Positions 50,610 to 59,993 of a stretch of DNA of 64,000 nucleotides are shown piece after piece (the first letter of the stretch is position 1; each line of letters starts with the position of its first letter). The notes beneath the pieces were generated by a model. It did no database searches, had not been told where the DNA came from, and was given only the letters and a program-made list of their open reading frames with translations. Made by a program: the position numbers and the translations under genes. This stretch comes from an uncultured delta proteobacterium (GTDB taxonomy: Bacteria; Desulfobacterota; Binatia; UBA9968), in NCBI GenBank assembly GCA_963745835.1, contig CAVUZH010000003.1:544001-608000 (forward strand). Reading direction: 5' to 3'.

Positions 50610-50650
50610 TGCCTTAACCGAGACACCCCATGAGGGCTCCCTTCAACTAG
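50597..50650 (-). ncRNA. Candidate DUF1646 / Na+-I riboswitch aptamer
   Basis: GTTGAAGG...GGGTG..CGGTTAA...AGGCC..TTCTAAC; 3' part overlaps the 5' arm of terminator 2; family match from recalled consensus, not a search. Confidence 0.6.
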
Positions 50651-50666
50651 CCTGTTTAAATCCAAT

Positions 50667-50706
50667 AAAAAAGCCGACGGGGGATGTGACCATCCCAAGT
50701 CGGCTT
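50667..50706 (-). terminator. Leader terminator 1
   Basis: AAGCCGAC.GGGATG-gtca-CATCCC..GTCGGCTT-TTTTATT. Confidence 0.88.
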
Positions 50707-50758
50707 ACGGCCCGACTGACTGCAATCCGTGTGCTGGAGCAGCCCCTCAGGTCATCAG
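50707..50758 (-). ncRNA. Structured cis-regulatory element upstream of terminator 1 (nhaA-I-like tail or novel)
   Basis: Extended hairpin CCTGA/TCGGG, GGCTGC/GCAGTC, TCC/GGA; AGTCGG can alternatively pair with CCGACT in the terminator arm. Confidence 0.55.
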
Positions 50759-50771
50759 CAAAACTAGACAC

Positions 50772-50800
50772 ACGCTAATAACGAACCAGGTAAATGTCAA
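50772..50800 (-). promoter_or_regulatory. Sigma-70 promoter for the permease leader
   Basis: TTGACA-17 nt-TAGCGT; the -35 overlaps the DUF2294 stop codon. Confidence 0.7.
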
Positions 50801-51174
50801 GCGGTTATTTTGCGCGGTAGATCCCTGCCCAGATTGGCGTCCAATATAAAGATGAACACACGCTCCCCCGACGTCGTATTGATGTCCGTAAGGATGTCGA
50901 GAACTTTGCCGCCGCTAACATCACTGATCATGGTTGAAAGTTGGGCCCGCGCGCTTTCAATCAAGGTGGAACGCATTTTTTTAATCAGTTCCACACCGTC
51001 GGCGCGTTTGGCTAGCTGTTGCTCTGCCGGTGTCAGCACGCCTTTGAGCCGGACCAGTATCAAATCTTCAATGATATGACTGCGAGCCTCTTTCGGACCA
51101 CGGCCCATGCAGTCGATTTCGAAACCGACCATGGCTTCACTGATCGCTGCCTCTATTTCGCCCTTCGTCTTCAT
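50797..51174 (-). CDS. DUF2294 / MpsC-family protein
   Basis: KTKGEIEAAIS...MGRGP...DLILVRLKGVLTPAEQQL...D.NT.SGERVFIF.L. Confidence 0.9.
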   Translation of the reverse strand: MKTKGEIEAAISEAMVGFEIDCMGRGPKEARSHIIEDLILVRLKGVLTPAEQQLAKRADGVELIKKMRSTLIESARAQLSTMISDVSGGKVLDILTDINTTSGERVFIFILDANLGRDLPRKITA

Positions 51175-51310
51175 CGGAGATGCGACCTCGTTCAAAAGCA
51201 TTGGCCTATAGCGCGCAACAATGTTGCGATGCGGAGCTAAACTTAGCCGTATACAGGTTGGCGAGTCAATCGGTCCGTGGACCTAGTGCCTAATTGGACA
51301 CACCCCCCTC

Positions 51311-51378
51311 TTAAAGGCGGTGAGCGCCTGAAACGCAAAACCTTAGGACTGCAAATGCGGCGATGAAAGCCGGGTTCC
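51311..51378 (+). ncRNA. c-di-GMP-I (GEMM)-like RNA, orphan and possibly degenerate
   Basis: AAA-GGCG-GTGA-gCGCCT-GAAACGCAAAACC..GG.CT...ATGAAAGCCGGGTT. Confidence 0.5.
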
Positions 51379-51412
51379 TATGGTTCCGACATTAGGCATG
51401 AACGGACGACGC

Positions 51413-52588
51413 TTACAGTTTTCCTAGCCTCGCAAATCGTTCCGCTGCGGCAGCAAGGGTTTCATCTTTCTTGCAGATGGCAAAACGCGCCAGGTATCTA
51501 CCCAGTTCTTTATCGGACTCTTGGTAGAACGCGCTGGGTGGTATACAGGCAACGCCGATCTCGGTTGTTAGCCAGCGTGCAAACTGAACGTCATCCGTCA
51601 CGTGTCGCGGCGCGACGGGGCGCCAATCGGCCATAATGAAATAGCTGCCCTGCGGCTTGAGAACTCTGAAACCGGCTTGTTGGAACACCTCGATCATTCG
51701 ATTACGCTTGGACTGATAGCTCACCTGCAGCTCTTCGAAATACTTCACTGGCAAACTGAGCGCCAGTGTGGCCGCGGCTTGTAAGGGCGAGGCAACAGCA
51801 AAGGTGATGAACTGGTGCGCGCGATTAACAGCATTCACCAGATCTGCCGGACCGATCGCCCAACCGATCTTCCAGCCGGTAACGCTAAAGGTTTTGCCAA
51901 CACTGCTGATGGTCACTGTGCGTTCTGCCATGCCCGGCAAGGTCGCCAGTCGTATATGCGCCATTCCGTCGTAGAGGATATGCTCATAGACCTCGTCGGT
52001 AATGGCGACGACCTGATGCTTGCGGCATAGATCCGCAATTAGGCTAAGTTCCTGGCGGGTATAAACCTTGCCGGTCGGATTGTGCGGCGTATTGACGATA
52101 ATCGCGCGGGTGCGCGCATTGAAAGCTCGTGTAAGCTCGTCCGGATCGAAGCTCCACTGATCACCGCGCAGAGGCACATAGCGCGGCCTAACTCCCGCCA
52201 TCGCCATGTTGGGCACATAGCTGTCATAGACGGGCTCAAAGACAATCACTTCGTCGCCCGGATCGGTCAAGCCGAGGATCGCAGCGAAAACAGCTTCGGT
52301 GGCGCCGGAGGTGATTAGAACCTCGGTCTCCCAATCGATCTCTTGGTTGTAGAAACGTTCGGCATGCTGCGCCACCGCTTCGCGCAATACCTGCATACCG
52401 ATACCGGGGGCATACTGATTCAATTCGCTGTTAATCGCTTCCACCGCCGCGGCAAGAACTTCCGGCGGACCATCGAAGTCCGGCGCGCCCTGGCCGAGAT
52501 TGACTGCCTTGCATTGTCGCGCTAAATCATTGATCTCGACGAATACCGTGGTGCCAAATCCGGCGACACGCCGGGCCATAGCTGACAT
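51413..52588 (-). CDS. Class I/II PLP aminotransferase (YbdL/methionine-kynurenine type)
   Basis: NLGQG.PDF, NQYAPG.G, NTPHNPTGKV, DEVYEH, SSVGKTFSVTGWKIGW. Confidence 0.93.
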   Translation of the reverse strand: MSAMARRVAGFGTTVFVEINDLARQCKAVNLGQGAPDFDGPPEVLAAAVEAINSELNQYAPGIGMQVLREAVAQHAERFYNQEIDWETEVLITSGATEAVFAAILGLTDPGDEVIVFEPVYDSYVPNMAMAGVRPRYVPLRGDQWSFDPDELTRAFNARTRAIIVNTPHNPTGKVYTRQELSLIADLCRKHQVVAITDEVYEHILYDGMAHIRLATLPGMAERTVTISSVGKTFSVTGWKIGWAIGPADLVNAVNRAHQFITFAVASPLQAAATLALSLPVKYFEELQVSYQSKRNRMIEVFQQAGFRVLKPQGSYFIMADWRPVAPRHVTDDVQFARWLTTEIGVACIPPSAFYQESDKELGRYLARFAICKKDETLAAAAERFARLGKL

Positions 52589-52923
52589 CGTAGATGAACC
52601 CCCCTTGTTAGAATCTTCGGAATAATCTCTAACCAGATAGATTTCAATGGCGTGGAGATCGAGTTTCGTTGCCGTGCAACCTAAGTGCATGCGGATACAA
52701 CGTAGATTGCACACAGGTCTAATCCTGTTAAAACGAAACACACTTCATACGCGAATGTCTTTCCCGCTGGAAACTCTGGAAGAGACGAAGAGGCTGGGAA
52801 GAGACAAGAGGCTGGCAGCAACTGTTTAAATCAAACTCCGGCGATTAAAACTACTGGACATTTTAACCGCGTTTAAATATCAGAAGTTAAGAGAACGAAT
52901 GGCAAACAAAAGGAGTTCATACC

Positions 52924-54423
52924 ATGGCTCAGTCCGATGCTGCTTTTAATATAATTGAAACGACTATTGACGATGTTCACGCGGCTTACGAGTCAGGTCG
53001 GCTGACTTGCCGGAAGTTAGTACAAATGTATCTCGATCGCATCGAGGCTTTCGATAAAAAAGGCCCGCAGCTCAATGCCATCATCACGATCAATCCCGAG
53101 GCGCTGGGGGAAGCCGATCGTCTCGACGCTGCTTATAAAGCTTCGGGTCTCGTGGGACCGCTGCACGGCATTCCGGTCATCTTCAAGGATCAGGGCGATG
53201 TCAAAGGCATGCCGACCACGTTGGGATCGGTGTTGTTCAAGGATTATTATCCGGACCGGGACTCGTTTGTTGCCGACAAGCTAAGAAAGGCCGGCGCGGT
53301 GATCCTGGCCAAAGCAACGTTGGGCGAATTGGGCGGCGGCGACACGCACGGATCGCTATTTGGGTCGACCCGCAATCCGTATGATACCGAACGCACGGTC
53401 GGCGGTTCCTCCGGTGGTTCAGCGGCGGCGGTCTCGGCAAATTATTCGACCCTCGGCGTTGGACAGGAAGGGCTGGCATCGATCCGCAGGCCATCGACGT
53501 GGAACTGCATTAGTGGCATGCGTCCGACGGCAGGCTTGGTTAGTCGTGGCGGCGTTTATGGTTGTTGGCCGGAAATCAATGGATCGCTGGGTCCCATGGC
53601 CCGCACAGTGGGCGATTTGGCCGCTCTGTTGGACATCATGGTCGGGTATGATCCGGAGGACCCGATCACCGCGCGCGGGATCGGTCATATTCCCGAAACC
53701 TATAAAAGTTTTCTCGACAAGAATGGTCTTAAAGGAGCGCGGATCGGAATCTTGCGCCAATCGATCGGCCTCGGCAGCGAACCGGATTCAGAAGACTTCA
53801 ATAAGATCGGCGAAGTGTTCGACAAAGCAGTGGCCGATCTCAAGGCCAGCGGCGCCGAAATTGTAGATCCGATCACGATTCCCAAGCTCAATGAATTGAT
53901 GGCCAAGCGATCTTCAGGTCCCGGTGACTCGGACAAATCTTTTCAGAACTATTATGGACGAAGCGCCAGACCGCCGTTTAAATCCCGTGAAGAGGTCATC
54001 GCGGCGCCGGAATTCGCCAAGATCGTGCGCCGTTCGCAAGATCGTTTCAAGAAGAATCCCGATCCACTGAGCCATTACGAGCATCTCAAGGCGCAAGATG
54101 AGTTGATGACGAATTACCTGAAGGTTATGGCCGATCATCGCCTGGATGCGATCGTTCATAAGGCGATAGAGCATCAGCCTACTCTTATCAAAGACGGCGT
54201 GAACCCGCCGTTCGTCGATCAGAAAGGCGCGCCGCATCTGAATACATTCCTGGTTTTCGTTCCGACGATCGTTGTTCCGGCGGGATTCACAAGGGACAAT
54301 CTTCCCGCCGGCGTTTGCTTTACCGGACGACCTTATGATGACGGAAACCTGATCAAATTTGCTTACGCATACGAACAGGCAACGCATCATCGCCGCCCGC
54401 CGGCAAGCACGACGGGGTTGTGA
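52924..54423 (+). CDS. Amidase-signature family protein
   Basis: GPLHGIPVIFKD, GGSSGGSAAAV, SIRRPS; RBS AGGAG. Confidence 0.92.
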   Translation: MAQSDAAFNIIETTIDDVHAAYESGRLTCRKLVQMYLDRIEAFDKKGPQLNAIITINPEALGEADRLDAAYKASGLVGPLHGIPVIFKDQGDVKGMPTTLGSVLFKDYYPDRDSFVADKLRKAGAVILAKATLGELGGGDTHGSLFGSTRNPYDTERTVGGSSGGSAAAVSANYSTLGVGQEGLASIRRPSTWNCISGMRPTAGLVSRGGVYGCWPEINGSLGPMARTVGDLAALLDIMVGYDPEDPITARGIGHIPETYKSFLDKNGLKGARIGILRQSIGLGSEPDSEDFNKIGEVFDKAVADLKASGAEIVDPITIPKLNELMAKRSSGPGDSDKSFQNYYGRSARPPFKSREEVIAAPEFAKIVRRSQDRFKKNPDPLSHYEHLKAQDELMTNYLKVMADHRLDAIVHKAIEHQPTLIKDGVNPPFVDQKGAPHLNTFLVFVPTIVVPAGFTRDNLPAGVCFTGRPYDDGNLIKFAYAYEQATHHRRPPASTTGL

Positions 54424-54430
54424 CATAAAG

Positions 54431-54475
54431 GTTCCAAACGTTCCAGCAGTTACAATCGTTGCAGCGGTTCAAAAT
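54431..54475. repeat. Five degenerate 9-nt tandem repeats
   Basis: gttccaaac gttccagca gttacaatc gttgcagcg gttcaaaat. Confidence 0.7.
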
Positions 54476-54591
54476 GCCGATGCCGCGGAAATTCGAGCAG
54501 CGGTGGTATACAGCGGGGGTACGTTGATGCGAGGGGGTCGAGCCGGAACGAAACCTTTGGGCTCTGTTTCAGCACCGTGTCGAGATGGAGA

Positions 54592-55023
54592 TTACGAATC
54601 GCCCAGTTTGAACTTCGGCAGCCAGATATCCGGCGATTGTTGTTCGAACACGACCGATACTTTTATGCCGAGTTTGACAGCCTCGACGGGACAGCCGATC
54701 ACGTTTGTGATCATCCGTGGGCCTTCATCCAAGTCGATCCAGGCGATGACGTAAGGAATATCTTTTTCAAAGGCCTGCGATGCCGCGCGACCAACGACCT
54801 GCCGAATCACGGTGAAGGAATAAACTTCTCCCAAACCGCTGAGCTCTTGCCATTGAATGTTTTCGCTGCCGCATTCGAAACAGCTCGGACGCGGTGTCCA
54901 GATATAAGCGCTGCAATCGATGCAGCGCTGCATTAGAAGCTTCTGCTTCGCTGCTGCGTCCCAAAAAGGTCTCGCTTCGCTGGTGATCGTAGGTAATGGT
55001 TTTTGCAGATTGGTCTCAGCCAT
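54592..55023 (-). CDS. DUF35-family Zn-ribbon/OB-fold protein
   Basis: PFW, QRC..C, P...C..CGS, G.VYSFTV, PY....IDL.EGPRM. Confidence 0.92.
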   Translation of the reverse strand: MAETNLQKPLPTITSEARPFWDAAAKQKLLMQRCIDCSAYIWTPRPSCFECGSENIQWQELSGLGEVYSFTVIRQVVGRAASQAFEKDIPYVIAWIDLDEGPRMITNVIGCPVEAVKLGIKVSVVFEQQSPDIWLPKFKLGDS

Positions 55024-55129
55024 GGCTGTTGAGGGCTCCTTGGGATTGGTTCAACGGTCAACCGTCAAAGGTTCAGCATCAGAAAAGTTACATCGATTCC
55101 CATCGGCGTTTGTCATTTTGGATATCCGC

Positions 55130-56323
55130 TCATGCATCAATACCCAAAACCGCCACCGCGCAGCAGCCGAGATTCTTGCCGTAGGGCAGAACTCCCAGGC
55201 CGGTAACCAGACCTATTTTGGCGCCGGCGACTTGGCGTTGGTCGCCTTCGCCGCGCAATTGCCGGACCGCCTCGATCATGTGAATGGTTCCACCCGCGGT
55301 AGAAGGCTGTCCGCAATTGATCATGCCTCCGCCGGTTTGAATCGGTAGCTGGCCGTTGATCGTAAAATCGGTGCGTTCAAAGAAGCCGAGATCGCCCTTG
55401 GCGCAAAACCCTAAATCCTCGATCTGCAAGTAGACCACGATAATGTAATCATCGTATAGCTCGAGGAAGCTGATATCGCCGTGCTTCACGCCGGCCATTT
55501 CCATCGCGACTCTGCCGGCATCGGCGACACCCATGATCAAGGCATCCGAAGCGGCTCTTGGGCCGTAAGAAGGGTTGCTTCTTTCGCCAAAGCCGAGCAC
55601 GAAGATCGGCGCCTTGCGCAGGTTTTTCGCTCGTTCCGGAGATGCCATGACGTAAGCTTTGCCGCCGTTAGCCGGCAGCACGCAGTCGAGAAGCCGAACC
55701 GGATCGGCAACCAATCGCGAGTCTTTATAATCTTGAATCGTAATTGGTTTTTTCAAGTAGGCGCTGGGATTCAAACTCGCATGGTAACGGCCGGCAACGG
55801 CGATCTTGCCGAGATGATCCAACGTCGTGCCGTATTGGTGCATGTGGCGGCGCATCACCATAGCTATCTTGCTATTGGGGCCCATGGTGCCGAAGGGAAT
55901 TTCGAAATCGCGCATGTCGCCAGGTTGAATGCCGCCGCCGAAATGTTCAGAGAAAGGGGCTGCCGCGCCGATGCACAGAGCGATATCAATTAAACCTGAG
56001 TTGATCGCTGCCGCCATGCCGCCCACAAGGGAAACCGCGCCGGCGCCGCCGGTGCTGCCGGCGAGCAGAAGTCCCGGCGTGATGCCGAGAATTTCCGCGA
56101 CCTCTTCGGGCCAAAACGGCTGTGGATAGGCGGTGGGAATCGTTACCCCCAAACCTTGCCCGTTGAGATCTTTGAGACTGAGTCCCGCGTCTTCCAACGC
56201 CAAACGCATCGCCCAGGCCAGATATTGCGCGCTCGATTTACGTGGTTCGCCTGGTTTTGAACCGAGACGATCCGTCGGCGTCTCGCCGATTCCGACAATG
56301 GCTGCTTTGCCGCGAATACTCAT
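55130..56323 (-). CDS. Thiolase-family protein (SCP-x/Ltp2-like, no canonical N-terminal Cys)
   Basis: AAIVGIGET, A..NP.A, P.RLLDC, ELYD, P.QTGGG, EAVRQLRG...RQV. Confidence 0.9.
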   Translation of the reverse strand: MSIRGKAAIVGIGETPTDRLGSKPGEPRKSSAQYLAWAMRLALEDAGLSLKDLNGQGLGVTIPTAYPQPFWPEEVAEILGITPGLLLAGSTGGAGAVSLVGGMAAAINSGLIDIALCIGAAAPFSEHFGGGIQPGDMRDFEIPFGTMGPNSKIAMVMRRHMHQYGTTLDHLGKIAVAGRYHASLNPSAYLKKPITIQDYKDSRLVADPVRLLDCVLPANGGKAYVMASPERAKNLRKAPIFVLGFGERSNPSYGPRAASDALIMGVADAGRVAMEMAGVKHGDISFLELYDDYIIVVYLQIEDLGFCAKGDLGFFERTDFTINGQLPIQTGGGMINCGQPSTAGGTIHMIEAVRQLRGEGDQRQVAGAKIGLVTGLGVLPYGKNLGCCAVAVLGIDA

Positions 56324-56477
56324 AGTTTAATCGTTATAGTGCGGCTCAAGAGAGAAATGCAACTTCAAGTGTGTACTCAGACAGATTTCATCGCTTGACA
56401 CAACGCAACGCTGTTCTGTACAGCATGGGAATCGATGCTGGATTCCAAGCTGCGTGAGCCAATGCAAGGGGGTCTAT

Positions 56478-57467
56478 ATGTTAAAGCTTTTGGCAACGAT
56501 GCTCGGCGTCGTTTTCTCGGTGATCTTTTTCTGCAGCCCCGCTGATGCGAAATTCGTCGTTGCGTGGTCTGCCGTCAGCGCCTTGAACTCGCCGTTCTGG
56601 GTAATGCAGGATGCCGGCTTTTTTAAAAAAGAAGGATTGGACGTGGAGCTGGTTTACATCGCCAGCTCGCCGACAGTGGCGCGGGCGACTCTTGCGGGCG
56701 ACATTGTCATATCAGGCGCCAATAGCCAGGTGATCGTCGATGTCGGGCTTAACGGCGGAGATCTTGTCGCCATGGGCGCGATCACCAACGTCGTTGCTTT
56801 TTACGTGATGGCCGCGCCCGAGATCAAAAACGTAACCGACCTCAAGGGCAAGGTTGTCGGCGTGACCCGCTTCGGCGCTTCGACTGATTTCGGCATGCGA
56901 ATGCTCCTGTCCAAGTATGGTCTCGAAGCGGCCAAAGACGTTCCTTTCATTCAAATTGGCGGCATGCCCGAGCTTACCGCGGCGCTTTCGAACCGTACGG
57001 TTTTCGCAGCGCCCATGTCGCAGCCGATGGTTTATCTAGCTCAAAAAGCGGGAATGCGCATGATCGCCAATCTGGCCAAGGAAGACATTCCCTTTATGCA
57101 CATCGGTCTGACCACGTCGAAAAAATGGATCAGGGAAAATCGGGCGGAAGCCAAGGCGTTCATCCGCGCGTACGGGCGGTCCATTCATTTCATGCACAAC
57201 CACAAGGAAGAGACTCGCAGTATCTTTGCGCGCTATACCAAGATCAACGATCCGGGAATGCTCGATGGCAGCATTCAGTACGGTTACGATTTCATGGAAA
57301 AAGTTCCCCTAGTCAAGTCTCAGGCGTTCCAGGTGACTCTGGATCAAATTGCCAGGAATAATCCTAAAGCAAAGCACGTCAAGCCGGATCAGTTCTTCGA
57401 CAACAGCTTGGTTCAGGAGCTGGTGGAGGAGGGGTTCTTCGCCAAGTTGTGGGGAAAAGGCCTGTAA
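56478..57467 (+). CDS. NitT/TauT-family ABC substrate-binding protein
   Basis: AGFFKKEGLDVELVYI, DLKGKVVGVTRFG, DNSLVQEL..EGFF. Confidence 0.92.
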   Translation: MLKLLATMLGVVFSVIFFCSPADAKFVVAWSAVSALNSPFWVMQDAGFFKKEGLDVELVYIASSPTVARATLAGDIVISGANSQVIVDVGLNGGDLVAMGAITNVVAFYVMAAPEIKNVTDLKGKVVGVTRFGASTDFGMRMLLSKYGLEAAKDVPFIQIGGMPELTAALSNRTVFAAPMSQPMVYLAQKAGMRMIANLAKEDIPFMHIGLTTSKKWIRENRAEAKAFIRAYGRSIHFMHNHKEETRSIFARYTKINDPGMLDGSIQYGYDFMEKVPLVKSQAFQVTLDQIARNNPKAKHVKPDQFFDNSLVQELVEEGFFAKLWGKGL

Positions 57468-57515
57468 GCGCAACGGCCCAGCAGGATAGCTTAAAGCTGC
57501 AACTCAAGCGAATGA

Positions 57516-57581
57516 TCTCGCGCAGACACAAAGGCGCAAAGGTAAAGAACAATGATCCATCTTGGCGACTTGGCGCGAAGA
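57516..57581. repeat. REP-like imperfect palindrome
   Basis: tctcgcgcag.cacaaaggcgcaaag ... cttggcgacttggcgcgaaga. Confidence 0.4.
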
Positions 57582-57668
57582 ATTTTCCTGTCTTCGACAT
57601 CGGAAGGGCGTCTAAGCCTTCGCGCAAGCCGCGAAATCTTTGAGCCGTAGTCATACAAAGGAAGACCT

Positions 57669-58772
57669 ATGACCCTTATCCTCAATAACGACGATGTGAA
57701 ACAAGTGCTGACCATGGAAGTCACCATGAAAGCGCTGGAGCAGGCCTACACCGAACTCACCCGCCAGGAGGCGGTCTGCCGCCCTCGCATCGATATTCAG
57801 ATCCCGACAAAGGACCCCAACAAGATTTATCAATGGGGCACCATGGAAGGCGGATCGATGTCCGGCTACTTCGCGATTCGCATGAAGTCGGACGTTATCT
57901 ACGAGCAGGAATATCAGGGCGCGATTACACAAGAGAAATACTGCTTAACGCCGGGAAGATTCTGCGGCTTGATCTTGCTTAACAATATTCAAAACGGCGA
58001 ACCTCTGGCGCTGATCAATGACGGTTACTTGCAACACATGCGGGTGGGTGCCGACTCGGGTATCGGCGTTAAGTACATGGCGCGTGAAGACGCCGAAATC
58101 CTCGGCATGATCGGCTCGGGAGGGATGGCGCGCTCGCATGTCGAATCGTTTCTCTTGGCAAGAGAAATCAAACGAATACAGGTCTACAGCCCTACCAAAG
58201 CGCATCGCGAGGAGTACGCCAAAGAGGTCAGCGAAAAATACGGAATAGATGTTGTACCCGTAAGCCAGCCAAAGGAGGCCTATAAAGGCGCGCATATCGT
58301 TGCAGGCTGCACAGACTCTTCAGTGCCGATCATCGTCGGTAAATGGTTGGAAGAGGGGACGCATGTTACCTGCGTCGGCGGCAAGCCGGATGAAGATACC
58401 TTGAAACGCATCGATGTCTCATTGCGGCTCGGCAATGCGCCCCATCCGTGGGGGCTGCCGGAGTTCGGTCTTGCCGACGAATACATCACCTACGCGGCGA
58501 AACCCGATCACAATGCGGATTTTCAGATGAAGCGAGCCGGTAAACGGGCGCACGGCGTAATTGCGGAGGACCGCGCTGTTCTCCTCGAGGAGCTTTTAAC
58601 CGGTAAAAAAAAGGGACGCACCTCGAATAAGCAGATTACCTACTCAGAAAGGGGCAATATACAGGGAGCGCAGTTTTTTGCAGTGGCCGGCAAAGTTTAC
58701 GAGCTTGCGAAGGCGCGGGGTTTAGGCCGAGAAATTCCGACGGACTGGCTGCTGCAGGACATCAGAGACTAG
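57669..58772 (+). CDS. Ornithine cyclodeaminase/mu-crystallin family protein
   Basis: GEPLA.INDG.LQ.MRVG, IGSGGMA, VYSPT, G.QF.AVAG.VY. Confidence 0.9.
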   Translation: MTLILNNDDVKQVLTMEVTMKALEQAYTELTRQEAVCRPRIDIQIPTKDPNKIYQWGTMEGGSMSGYFAIRMKSDVIYEQEYQGAITQEKYCLTPGRFCGLILLNNIQNGEPLALINDGYLQHMRVGADSGIGVKYMAREDAEILGMIGSGGMARSHVESFLLAREIKRIQVYSPTKAHREEYAKEVSEKYGIDVVPVSQPKEAYKGAHIVAGCTDSSVPIIVGKWLEEGTHVTCVGGKPDEDTLKRIDVSLRLGNAPHPWGLPEFGLADEYITYAAKPDHNADFQMKRAGKRAHGVIAEDRAVLLEELLTGKKKGRTSNKQITYSERGNIQGAQFFAVAGKVYELAKARGLGREIPTDWLLQDIRD

Positions 58773-58841
58773 CAGAGATGCTTGTCTTCGTCACGATGAG
58801 ACGGTTCGGATCAATTATCTCAGCCTGAGTATGAGGAAGTT

Positions 58842-59933
58842 ATGCCGCTATTTCTGAATAATGAAGAAATTGAGCAGCTCCTGACGATGAAAACCTGCAT
58901 GGATGCGCTGGAGATCCTTTACCGGGAGCTCGGCGAAGGCATAGCCGTGGCGGCCTCACGCACCGATATCCATTCACCGACTTCGGCAGCACAAAACGTC
59001 GAAGTGCCCATGGCGCACTATCTTAAAAGCATGAGCGGCGCATCGCCACATTTCGGCACCGCGGCCTTGAGATTTTCTTCTGACATCGTGGCCTGGCGTC
59101 CAGCAGGCGAGGGCATGCGCCGGGAAAAAATACCGGCTCTGCCGGACCATCGTTGGCTGGGTATCGTCTTGCTTTTTAGTTCGGCAAACGGCGAACTTTT
59201 GGCGATCATGAACGATGGTGTCATTCAACGCATGCGGGTGGGCGGCACTAATGGCGTGGCTACTAGATACCTGGCGCGTGCAGATGCGCAAACCGTCGGC
59301 CTGATCGGCTCCGGCTGGCAGGCGGGAACGCAAGTGATGGCCGTTTGCGAAGCGCGCGCGATCAAGAAGATCAAAGTATATAGCCCGACGCGAGTCAATC
59401 GAGAGAGGTTCGCCGCTGAAACGGCGCCGCTGGTGGGCGTGGAAATCGTGCCGGTGAGTTCGCATGAAGAGGCGGTTCGCGATGTCGATATCATCATCAC
59501 CTCGACCAACGCTCGTAAACCATTTCTCGGACCGGAGGCGCTCGCCGAAGGCGTGCATCTCAGCTGCATGCAACGGGATGAAGCCAACGATGAGGCTCTG
59601 GCCCGCTGTCGGCCGCTGGTGGTTCATACCAACCTGGTGGAAAACAACAGCACTTCGTCGCAACTGAGCGAGATGGCAAAGCCAGGCTTTGAGTTTCGCG
59701 ATCATCCGATGCAAAGAGGCATCGATTGGAAAATCCTGCCGACGTTACCCGATCTGATTACAGGGCGTATCAAGGGGCGGGAGACGGCAGAGCAGATTAC
59801 CGGATTCGTCAACAACATCGGCCTGGGTGTGCAGTTTGCCGCCGTCGGCGCCAAGGTGTTCGAAGCCGCCAAGGAAAAGGGCTTGGGGCGCGAAGTGCCG
59901 CTCGACTGGTTTACCCAAGATGTGCATCCATAG
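58842..59933 (+). CDS. Ornithine cyclodeaminase/mu-crystallin family protein (paralog)
   Basis: GELLAIMNDG.IQRMRVG, IGSGWQA, G.G.QFAAVG. Confidence 0.9.
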   Translation: MPLFLNNEEIEQLLTMKTCMDALEILYRELGEGIAVAASRTDIHSPTSAAQNVEVPMAHYLKSMSGASPHFGTAALRFSSDIVAWRPAGEGMRREKIPALPDHRWLGIVLLFSSANGELLAIMNDGVIQRMRVGGTNGVATRYLARADAQTVGLIGSGWQAGTQVMAVCEARAIKKIKVYSPTRVNRERFAAETAPLVGVEIVPVSSHEEAVRDVDIIITSTNARKPFLGPEALAEGVHLSCMQRDEANDEALARCRPLVVHTNLVENNSTSSQLSEMAKPGFEFRDHPMQRGIDWKILPTLPDLITGRIKGRETAEQITGFVNNIGLGVQFAAVGAKVFEAAKEKGLGREVPLDWFTQDVHP

Positions 59934-59993
59934 ACCAGCGGTGAAACACGTGAACCGACTTTGAATCAACGACTCGATGGCGAAGGAGTAGTG

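Noticed and set aside
50750-50760. GCTGATGAC as fluoride riboswitch or hammerhead core
   Set aside because: Upstream GGCGATG pseudoknot partner and the hammerhead GAAA/stems are not present
52778-52815. Short tandem repeat ggaagagac(g)aagaggctg x2
   Set aside because: Only two units; most likely slippage, with no functional evidence
58974-59714. 246-aa antisense ORF and similar long shadow ORFs
   Set aside because: Fully antisense to well-supported genes, with no recognisable motifs; expected at this GC content
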